From the NCBI GenBank assembly GCA_904063045.1, contig CAJFCJ010000010.1:682001-746000 (forward strand): a stretch of DNA of 64,000 bases, written 5' to 3'. Each line of letters begins with the position of its first letter. Within the stretch, counting starts at the first letter, position 1. Below, one piece after another: positions 13,997-26,000 of the stretch. This DNA is from Dimorphilus gyrociliatus (taxonomy: Eukaryota > Animalia > Annelida). A program made the translations under genes and the position numbers. A model generated the notes under the pieces. That model was not told the DNA's origin, did no database searches, and worked only from the letters and a program-made list of their open reading frames with translations.

Positions 13997-14075
13997 ATGG
14001 CGAGGATAGTACAAATTTTTTGGGCTGTTTGCGCATGCGTTCTAATTAGGCCTAATTTCTGCCTGAACGAACAGA
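13997..14075 (+). CDS. DDR: DDR exon 1 (signal peptide [26 protein letters not shown])
   Basis: ATG at 13997 followed by a hydrophobic core. Two donors follow: GTATGG at 14076 (phase 1, in frame with exon 2) and GTAAGT at 14081 (phase 0). Confidence 0.65.
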
Positions 14076-17000
14076 AGTATGGTAAGTCAAGATTTTTTCA
14101 TACTTTATATTAAAGTTAATTAAAAAAAAAAAGGAAAAAAAAAAAAAACCAGCAGAAAGTACACAGTAAAGTAAACCATATTCGTAGAGTTAGTCTGTGT
14201 TTTCTGTGTACGTAAGAGTTCGTTTTTATCTTGTATTATACTTTTTTAAAGTTTACCAAGTACTTTTTTAGTATTTCGCGCCAAACAGTGTTTTACTCTT
14301 TTTTTTGTTATCTCTTATTGATATTTGTTCAAATGGAGAGTATCACTTAACTTATATAACTATAACAATAACTAATAGTTAAGAACTTTAAACACTATTT
14401 CAATTCGAGTACTTGAATAATTTATTCATATATCTAAGAGTGTAGTAGTTTATTGTGTTTTTTCTTCTCTTTTTGAAGATTACCGCTAAATAGACAAGGA
14501 AACATTTAACGATCCATAATCGACAAATTTCTTCTGTCTATCCTTTTCTTATGAGAAAAGAGAGAAGAAGAAAAAACCTCTTATTTTTCTTCTCTTTTTT
14601 ATATTTTATATATACTTGTTATATTTATATAACAGTTTTATTTATTGCTATTGATTTATTAGCTGTTATAAAGTTTTTTTAAGACATTTTAATTAACATC
14701 CCTCATTGTATCAAGTACAAGAGGTTTGGAAAAAAAACCTTATTAACTACACAATTAAATTGTGCAACATTACTGAAAGCCGTTTAGGCTTCAATCATCT
14801 TTCATTTAGTGGAATTCTCCTACCAGACTATAACCTTTCTTTCGCTCTCCTCTTCTCTCTTTTAGCATTTGCTAAACTGTCTTAAACATTTTTACATTTT
14901 TCTCCGCCAACTTTTCTACCCAATTCCACCTGCTTAACACTCGGCTCTTTCTTCTTTCTTCTCAAACTTATTTATTTTGTTTAACAAGAAGTAGAAAAGG
15001 GAAAATTACTTTTAAGAATCGATCGTTCTCGCAAACAATAGAAGGTGATACATCTTAATAAATATGTAAACTCTTACAAGGATTTATCGGCCCGAAAGTA
15101 TACGTTAGGGGGTTACCATGACAATTTGAAACTGACCAGACACTGTCACAGCGTTCGTTTACATATACAATCCGTAATACGATGCATAAATATTCAACAT
15201 ACGCGCGTCATTGATTAGTAGTGCAGTATTGCAGTTGCGTGCGATTGTCAGCCCAACCTCGTGCCGTGCGAGGTAATTAATTTAGCCTATGTTTGTTTTT
15301 TCTTAAAAAATTTTTTCACCACTTTAGAACTCTTGTTAGGAAAGAAACACGGTCGTTTATCAGTAATTAATTAGAAATCGATAAGGGCGACGGTAGTAGG
15401 GAATAAAGGGGAATGAGTGAAAAAAACGCCGCCGTCACATCAATCGTCGTTACCAAAGCAACGCTAAAACATTCTTAAGTCTTTGCAGTCGGTCTAGAAT
15501 GCTAGAGTGGATTCGTTAATAAGACTATAGCCCTATTATTTATTTTTCTGGGTATTATAATCGTAAACAACAGTTATTTTATAGTCCAATCATAATCCAG
15601 CAAAAAAAAAAATCTTTTCATTTTTCCAATCCTGAATGTTTTTCTCTAATTTAAAAGAAAATCGGTTGACTCGTTTTTTATAAATAAGATAATTATTAGT
15701 TTTTTCATTCGGAGGCGTAAACCGTGCAAATGCAATCCTACACTACGCAATATTAAGAAAAACGAAATTGTATAAGAGCTGTCCTAAACGTTCAAGTGTT
15801 TAAAATAATATTATTCATTTATAATTATTATTCAATATTCTATTGATAGAATAACAATAATAGTAATAATAACATTAAACTATATCAAGAGAAAAAGTTA
15901 TTTAAACATGAACGTACTATTTCTCTTTCTAAATAGAGAAAAAAAAAGACTAATTGTTTCCTTCTTAAGCCTTTGAAAGTTGGTAGAAGAGGAGAAAACA
16001 TTTCTATTTCGTTTTGCTTAAATAAAAAACCAACTTCCTCCCTCTCCTCCTCATCATAATCATCTCTTCTTTCGCCCCCTTCCTCCCTTCCGTGAAAAAT
16101 TTAAAAACAAACTCTCAATCCATAAATCCACAATATAGAAATATATATATATATTTAAGGTTTTTTAATTGCCTATACAAATTTAAAATAGTTGTTTAAG
16201 GTAAAAATATTATTATAGGTTTAAGAATATATACAAAAAAGTTTTTATTAATGTTTTCTTAGTAAAAAAAAGAAAATTTATATTCTATTATATTCTATAT
16301 TATTTAATAAAACAATGATTAAGAAAAGGAAAAACTTAAATATAATTCAATATTTATTCTATTTACCTTTATATATTAATCGAGTAGTATCTTTAAATAC
16401 CTTGTATATACTGTATATATTATATTTTTTTGTATATGCTATTTATAGAATTTATATATATATAATGATTTATGTAGGAAGAGGATACCATATAGGCATG
16501 TAGTTTTTCCATATTTAAACATAGGCATGACTAAATTGGACCGGATATTAAAAGTGTTGGCTATAGCGGTATGTAGTATAATAGGTTTTTTTTTTTTAAA
16601 ATAATACAATATATGTGCCACATTATTTGCCACATTTTATTGATATGTTTTTAGTTAGTTTGTCTTGATATCATCCCTTGGCATTTAGCATAAGTAGACG
16701 TGTAACGAATCCAGTATAGAGCAAAAAAAAACTATCTTACTCTTGCTACTCACTTCATCAGTCCGTCATCCCTTAATAGTGCAGTAAGGTATCAATTTTA
16801 TTACGTTCTGACATTAATTTACTTCTATCAGGTATTCATAGAAGGTAGATGCAACCCTTTAATTTTCTAGGAAGTCTAGGTTACGTATTACATAATCATT
16901 TCTAAATAAATCATTGCAATGGCCTAATTCTACCAATAAGTTGGCGAAAATGGCAGAATGAAGCTGGTGATTAATAAAGGCTTTAGATCGGATTACCGCT

Positions 17001-20000
17001 TTACTTTAATTATTACAAAAATATGAAAGATTTAGTGTTAATACCCGAAAAAATCGAATATGAGGGAATAAATTATTATATAAGTGTATACATACAAAAC
17101 GCTATCTAATCCCTTGATAAACACTGTCGATTATTTTTGATATTTTATCCCTATTGTTGACACTTGACATTTTCCAAGCTTCAATTTATTTATTGATTTT
17201 ATACTACTTTTGGCATCTGTCAATTTTAATACGTCTATTATTATCGCCAAAAAAATAACCATCTGCCGCCATTTTTGTACCGGGGGGAGGCATCTTCGAG
17301 AAACGGTATGGATACGTTGAAAATGGAAGAGAATGGGTAACAAAAAGGGAAAGAGAGAGAGTATAAAGGTGGTAATAGGAAAAAAGGAAAATTTCAAGAA
17401 AAGAATAAAGAGAAAAAGTCTAGTGCATTTCTCATTGACGAAACGCTGAAAATGAGAGAGATTCTAAGCATTGATAGTGTTTCTTCCAAATTGATGGCGT
17501 TAGGCGTTATTTTTTTTTCTATTTTTTATCGCCCAGTTCTTTATGCCTAAATCCTTATTGTTTATTCCCTATTACTTTTTCAATCTGTTGACTCAGCTAT
17601 ACGAAAATATAGATCTAAACTCCAAGCGTTTCCTTCTAAACTTGCAAATTTTTGCGTGATCTGCCTATTATCCATCAATATTTTAGCTCTACCGAATTGT
17701 CAGTCGTTTTCATTAGCGCACGTTGGTAGGGCAGCTTTTTATTCGTGTTTAGACAGGCTGTATTGGGTGTAAGTTTTGTTTGTCAGATTTCATTCTGTAT
17801 ATTTCACTAGTATTGTTTACTGGAGCGTTCAACCGTCTGGAGGAAAGTCTATACGTTAAGCAGATATTTACTTTTAATTGCCTAATGAAAGCCGTACACG
17901 CGTTTCCAAAGAGAAGAATAAAGGAGAATGGAAAGGCGATCTCCTGTTCTTTTATGTTATCTATTGTCTAAACTACTAAACGCTTTAGAAAAACGATGAG
18001 AACAGTTGAATCAATTAATCGAATAGGAACAGGGAAAGAGAAAGAGAGAACGATATTCGCTCTAAATTTAATATCAGATCGGATTACGGGCGAAAATTTG
18101 TACAATAGAGAAAAAATCGAACAAGCTCGAAAATATATTTTCGTTCTGTCTATTTATATATATATATGTATATTGTGGTACAAAGATTAACCCCAGTATA
18201 ACCTTCTAAACCATCTGCACAAGGCTAAGAAAAAGAAACAATCCAGTAGAAACGTAAAATATAAGTGTTAAGATGTTTTGATACAAGTTTTCTACAGGGA
18301 TTATCTTGTCAAATTCGACATTTCTGAACATCTTGGATAAATTATAAAGAAATGAAAGACATATAGCTAACAAGGAATAATTCCTGTAATTAAGCTAATC
18401 ACGACAGTCACGAATTGTTTTCAGCCTACGCGATATATGAGTATAAGCCGATGGGGGAAAACGAAATTGTCAGCCAATAAATTGGCCTATTCGACCTGTT
18501 GCCTGCTTGGATAAGCCGTTTTTGCTGGGGCCCATCATCTTAGATGAGTTTCAGGCCTATGTTGGCCCTAATTGGCCTAGAAGGTAACCAATGGTCGAAA
18601 ATGTTAGTAGAGTCTTCAAGCGCAGCAGAAAGGGTGTTGAAAAGGTGAAGACGCGAGATAATAAATGATGCTAGCTGGTAGTGTCAGATATTACATGAAG
18701 ATAAAGAGCAAATGGCGTCCATGCGCCCAAAAAGCAGTTAAACTAACCACGCACTTACGAATACGCCCGAAATTCGCGTTAAAAATAGCACATGGCTTAT
18801 TTATGCACAGATCAGTCGCCGTTAATGCCTTAATTAAGTCTCGTTACGTAATACACACCTGCTGCTGACTGACTGGCATTAGTTTTTGTGGCATTAAGCT
18901 GTTTGCCCTTGTTTGCAAACAAACTTCACAGTTTTACCCTTCATTTTAGTCTTTTTTACCCTTCTTAAAGATTCTTCAGAAACCTTTTAAACCAGTATGA
19001 TTACCATCTTAATCACTTCAACTTAATCTCCGCCTAAATTATTCGTTGATGAATTTTATGGGAGAAATAAATAAGAAAAAAGGGAAAAAATAACATGGCC
19101 TCACTCCCTATTTATGGTAGTGTTATCTCTCCTACCTATAAAAAAAAGAAAGTTGGCTTAAAGAAATTGGCTTATTGGTTATTTCATAAGCCTATTTTCG
19201 TTACTCGCCCATAGAATATCCGATATCGATGAAAGCAATAAGAATTTATAGTCTAAAGATTACTATAAACTACTTAATATCAATACAATTAACAGAATGA
19301 TATATTTGAAATCATCATCTGTGTATACTATTATAGTAAGACCATGATAGTAAAGATTATTTTTCTATTACAATGAAGTATATAAATATATACGGTATAT
19401 GAAAATTTATATGCAATACTGAGAAATAATAAAATCGGAATTTTCTCTTCGTTTTTCTTTTTGATATGATTTCCCCCTTACAAAATCTAATCATCTAATA
19501 TAAATACACGTACAATTTTGATAAAACATTCTCTCTTCAGGATCTTTTTTCTCTCATCCTATTGGCTTATCTAAAATTCCCTTACCATTAACATTTAGAC
19601 AGTAAATTTTCTTGTCAAACTGATAATACGTCTTTGGTGGAGATAGTCAAGGAAATATATATGAATATACGTTATTTATATATTGTATTATAAGCCGTTC
19701 CCTATATAGACTTCCATTTATATTGTATATTCTTCTAGCGTGGTTTATATATAGGATATAGACTTACTATCTTCTGAACTATTTGCGAATAACAGTTTTG
19801 ATAAGATTCTCAAACGTCTAGTTCTAATTAGTGCCAGCTATTATTAGTCGCCGAACTGTATGCAAATAAGTTACGCAATACAGTTAGGGATGCTGGTGCT
19901 ATATATATAAACGTGGCAGCTGCTTGAGTGTCATCTGCTTGTGTTGTTCCCTTTCAATTTTAGCTACAAAGTACCCAACTTGAACGAGCTGAGTTACACA

Positions 20001-23000
20001 ATAACGATTTTTTTCTTCTCTTATTTAATAGTATTTTCCCTTTTATGTACATAGTCCTTCCGATAATTCGTCAGAGAGAACATACATATAGGGGCCATAA
20101 CATGGGGGTTATTTAATGGAGTTTGATGAATGCCACGTTTAATTAGGTCTATGGCGAGTCTGGTGGCATTTTTGTTTGTGCTTTCGACCGCAAAAGCTGA
20201 TTCATAAAATTTTTCGAGTGGTTACAGATGTTTTGTAATCAATCACATGAATTGTGCATGTGAATACTCGAAATGTGTCATACCGATTGAAAATGTCCCT
20301 TTTTTTACTTTCATCTTTGCTTTAGCCTTTGTTCTAAGCCGTTTAGCAGTCGACTTTTATTTTTCCATTTTATTCACTCCATGATATAAAACATTTGATA
20401 TCTTTATTTACGCATTCCTTATATAAACTATAAACTGCAATAAAAATAACATAAGGCTTATATAGATATAGAAATTCATCTTTACGTTAAAGCTTGATAT
20501 GTAACATACCATATATTCACATATATGCATTTAATATACCTACTAGCACACGTATACCCATTTTCTACATAGACGAAAAGAAAGGAAAATGTAAAAGTGC
20601 TATATTAATAGAATATCAATATTTGGAGGTTTGGCCTTCGATCGCATTAATGGGAATTTGACAAGAAAAAAATGATCTTTAGCATCTTAATCAATATAGA
20701 AAAAAAGCTAAAGATACGTAAATGTTTTTATTATATCGAGAAATTCTACGATCATTAAATTCCTTTAAAATATAATTAAAAATGTTCATAATATTCTATT
20801 AAAAGACCCTAACAGGTTCCTGTCTTGTCAGCTATAAGGTTATAGTAAAATATATATAAATAACATATATAGCATAGATTGGATGAAGAGGCTCATCTAA
20901 AACCATTGAAGTTTTTTTTGTAATATAAAAGAAAGGAAAAGTATAAACTAGAAAGATTTTTTCCTAATGGTGAAGACATAGATTACTTGAAACCCGCACG
21001 ACTGTTATAAAGAACAGAAATCCTCCTTTCACCTCAATGCTTAAGCTTTAAAAAAACCTTACTAAAACCTAGATACAAACGGTTATTGAATGTCACGTGA
21101 CCTAGTTAGGAGATAGCGGGAGTTGTTTTTTATTTTCTATAAATGAAAAAGGATTGAGTTGCACAATGCCACTTTTAGTGAAAATTATTACATTGACCTG
21201 TAATGCGTACAGCAAATTAAAAAGGCCTATTTTAATACTTGAGTGTAATTTATAACAGGCTCGGAGTACGATATCGTTCTGTAAGATACAAAGATTAGGG
21301 AGTATATCGACTTCAAAGAAAAAATAACTAAAACACTGCTAGAACCACCATACTTTTGCAGTATACAGACTTTCGCCAATGTTATTTTTATATAGTCTTT
21401 CATGCACCAGACTTCGTAAAAATATATAGGCCCAGGTGAGGCAAGAAAGAAGAGCCCTATAGCCCAACAAACAGATCTGAAAAAAAGTTGGCATATCTCT
21501 ATCATCTATGGAATTTGTTTAGTGAGGCCTTCTATTCCACATCCACTGAAATGGAGCTGGTGTGGATAGAAAGAAAGAGTAGTCATTAATCGATTAGAGT
21601 AAGAGAACTAAAGCAAAACTGTGGAAAGGCTCACTCTTTCCCCTATTCTTTGAGGAGAGGCAACATTTTCGCTCCTTGTTTACATATAGCGTCAGTAGCC
21701 TTGATTAATGTTGATCACTTTCGCCTGCATAGTCTGCCTCTTTGAAAAGTGTGTAAAGTGTCGATTACAAACAGAATGTCGATGAAAAGTTGGTGTGTTT
21801 TTCCTCTTCCTTTCATCTCCCGATCTTGACATTTCCTCCACTTGTACCGTGTCAGTCGGTCGGCGTACGACAAAGGTCAAGGGTACTAATAGAAATAAAA
21901 TCCCATACAATATACACAAACCCCTGTACAATAACGTCGTTACGCTGTAGGCGTCTTCCAAGGCTCGTTCGAGCGGAAGTCGTCGTCACGTGACGCTAAC
22001 GGCAATTTCGAGTTTTTCGGCTTTGATGACAGATCTGCTGGCGTTTTAATTGCCTCTCCAAAAAGCGGTTCTACCAGTAGTTACAAAAGAACCGAATTGC
22101 AAAAAAAGAGTGACTAGGAGAGGATAGGAGAAAGGGGAGCCGCAGCTGTCTCAACAAGAACGGTTCGACCCGAAACGACTTGTGTAAACTAGAAATGGAA
22201 TTAGAAAATGTCTGGCGTTTTGATTCCACTCCCACTGGGTTGTTTGTCGTTAGTTTTATTTGCTTCGGGTAGTAATTAATCAGACGCTTTGGCTGTTATT
22301 GGTCAACCGGATACTTATGGGAAATCAAATTCCGTATTGAAATAGATGGAAGCCATGTATACGAACATTTCGTAACCCATTTTCTGGTCGATAATAGTTG
22401 AAGGTGGACATTGAGTCTCTTGATGAATAATTAATAATCTTTTGAAATTACTTTTTGCATTCTACATTCACTTTATCTTCTATTATTCTAAACTAACCAA
22501 TTAAAATGGAGGAAAATGTAATAGCCCGAGGACGGTCAATTATCTTCCTTTATTATTTCAATTTATAAACAAAGTAAAAATAGCCACCACCCATTGACTT
22601 TAAAGGAAATATCTCGGTTTTTCCTTTTCCTCCATATTGTTTTAGTCTCAATTATTCCGATTCCTTTGTCTGTTATATAAGAAGCGTCCCTGTAGAGCGT
22701 TAATCGACAGTTAGCCGTCTATTTTCACAATTGACCGCTGCTTTTTGTTTTTATGTTATTGTTCTCTTTCTATTTCCCCGACGGTTAGATACCGGATCCC
22801 CTTTTTTATCCAGATTCAATCATTATAATCGGTCATGAATGAAATTATGAATTTAACGCTTTTTGGGATAAAAGTGTCAACTTTCAAGATAGAGAATTTC
22901 CCGTATTCCTTTCCCTCAGGCCTTTTAAAATGTTACCATAAAACACGCATTTTAATATTAAATTTAAAACGGATATGAATCGGAAAAGTTATCGCTTAAA

Positions 23001-26000
23001 GGGGATTAAAGCCTATATGGAATTTACTAAAGGATTACGGATTTCAATTTACAACCGCCTTTCTCAATAGATAAGATAGAGAATACGATTTGAATTCCTT
23101 TTATTGTACGATTCTTTCCATCGATATAAAAAAAAACATCTAATTGTAAAAATATTCCTTCAATTACCTGACGGTTTTTTATGTTTAATGGAAGGCAAAT
23201 AAAGCAAATAACTTTTTATTATGATTTAACAAAGACCTTATGCAGTATTTTTTAAGTTTCTCCTATTAATAAATGAACTTAAATATCAAAGAAGGTAGAA
23301 ATTATTTAAGAACAGAAGGATAAATAGGAGTACTTCCGTTTGTTTGTGATTTTCAAAACTTTAACAGCTGTTTAAATAGCTTCATGACTTGAAAAATACC
23401 GAGTTCTTTTGTTAATATCATTAAACTTTTTGAGGTTAGTGGTCAGACATGGGAATTGGTCTTGTTACATGGGCTTATTACGTCTATAAGAAGGTTAAAA
23501 TATTGAAAAGGTTGTGGCCTTTTGAAGCAAAAATAAGTCGGAAGTACTTTCGGAACAAAGAAATTGATTTGTTTGCTCACGACAGTTGGGAAATTAAAGA
23601 TAAAATCTATATTAGTATAAACAAATGCACGCTCAGAACCAAAACTTCTCATTAACGTGCAGGTACCCTCTAAAAGCCTCGATCTTGAAGGGCAAGAGGT
23701 GAAAGACTTAGACGCCTAATTTACAAAGTGCCGAAGGATGCATTACCCTTCCCTCATCATCTTATCACATGTGCTACCCACCCATGCATTTGTTCGACGT
23801 ATAATTAATACCATAAAATTTCATACTCTCTCCTCCTCTATGGACGAAATCTGAACCGATAATCAGGCCCGAAAACGAATCGTGATCGAATTTCGTGATA
23901 AAGGTATAAATTGTTCTGGTCAGTTTTTGTGTCCAATATAAACAACGCCCTAATGGTTTTTGTGTACTTAACAAGTGGTGTTTGTTGGTCTTAGCAGTTT
24001 TCTTGCCCAATTCCAAATATGTAAAATCCGTCAAATCCTCGCCTTTCACCCCCGCCCTAACAGCCTCCCTCTATAAAAAAATTACATTTTATTACATAAC
24101 GTTGAATCCATCGCGTGCTTTGGGTCGGCAGATGGTCGATAAAATTTTTTATGACGTCCGTCGGTTAGACATCAAAAGAGGAAGCGTTTGACCCAGTAGT
24201 GAACTGCAATGTAGACGTTTAGAATATATAAAAATCGAAACGCTAAAGGGGCACGTGTTAGCTTTAAGGGGACATCAGTTTGCATTCGCACGCCTTTTCA
24301 TACACCGTATTTCCGGCAGAATTGCATAACTGTCCAACAGCGAGCGCTTTGCATTTCGAATGACCGCTGTCTTAGCTTTCTCTCTCTCTCCCTACCTCCT
24401 CCCTCTTTTTTCTATCTCGTTTACCCTCCCCTTTTCCAGGGGTCGGCTCAGTTTACACTTTTCCCATTAGTATTCGCCATTGAACGTCTCCCACTGCCTT
24501 CTTTTTCTTTCCCTCAAGTCCGTTCTCTTCCACCAAGAAATTTGCATATGAGATGACATACTCGCTTCGCTTCGTATGCATAAGTATTGCGCAATTAAAT
24601 CGGACATGCGAGAAGGAAGGCGGAATATTTTTAACCCATTTCCTCCTTGTTCCCGTTAGCTTCACCTCCCCGTTCATCAGCTTCAAATATTAGACATGAT
24701 TTGTGTAATAGAACTGAAAAAACACTCTCTCCTTATAAGATTTCCCTTTCCGTCTTTTTTATTAAACTGTCATATTATTATTAATAAAACTCTAGATTTC
24801 GTATTTATAGCGTTCCCTCTACTCGAATTGAAATAGGTTGGTTTGAGAAAAAAAGAGACGTACAATGATGAATAGACCTTTAAGACTGACTTAAAAATAA
24901 GGGGATAGTTTAAAGGCATCTTTGGGTTGGATATTGATTCCATCCCCAGTAGAGGGTATGATCAATAGAGTGACATTTTCGTCTATTTTTTATGAAGAAG
25001 GATTTATCCACGTTCTTAATTAATACGGACACAAAAGAGATTATGGTGACATTTTCATCAGGCTAAATATTCTGTCTAAAAAGAGCCGTACATAAATATT
25101 CCATAATAATTTATTGATTATTAATTTGAATATATTACATATTAGATTAATATTATTTTTTAAATAGGGATTTTTAATGAATTATGCAGAGAAAAGGATT
25201 ATCTAAGAGTTAATTTAATACAAAGTCCAATAAAAGGGTTAAACATATACATGGATTGCGTGTACTTAATATGTATAAAGTGTCATACATGGCATTTATA
25301 CGCTTCTACATTATATTTTGCATTTGGGAGATTTTAATGGACTCTTATGAAAGTTATAAAAGTTAATCTTGATTTATAGGTGTGTGAATTATATAATAAA
25401 ATCACGCATAACTGAGCTATCTAAAGGCTGCTGCAATTGGCAGCTGTTTTTTAGCTTGAAGAATCATAGCATACACTTCCCTGAATCATTTATATTAATA
25501 ATATAAGTTAATTATTCTAACTGTTTATTAAAAATAAAAGAATAAATTGCAATATCAATATTCGTAACCTTTAAGAAAAGATGTTATTCATAAATATTCA
25601 TTAGATAATCTAGTAAGACATATAAAGAACTTTATAATTCAGTCAGCTATACTTAAAAGAACATGCCGACTATTTCTTTACGGCTGACGGATTATTGATT
25701 AGTGAGAAAAAAATTTGATGAGTCTATAAAGAAGAATGCTTAATTGACTAGTCGAACTCGATTATCTTTTCCTTGAAGGTTGTTTGTCGATTTTTACCTT
25801 TGCCCTTTTTGCTGGCAGCCCTACTAGATTATTTTTGTCCATAGATAAACAGGGATAGCAATAGATAAAGTCTTCTTATCTTTTCCACTCCTCTTGCTAT
25901 GTTTGTCACTCGGATTATCATCGCCAAGTTAACGGTGTACTGCTGTGGTAAGACAGATGGTTTGCTTCTTTTAACCCTATGATCCTAGTTCCTTATCTCA

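Noticed and set aside
22160-22178. GGTTCGACCC B-box-like word
   Set aside because: No A-box or cloverleaf upstream.
23449-23655. 68-aa ORF with hydrophobic-basic N-terminus
   Set aside because: A length reachable by chance, with no splice or homology support.
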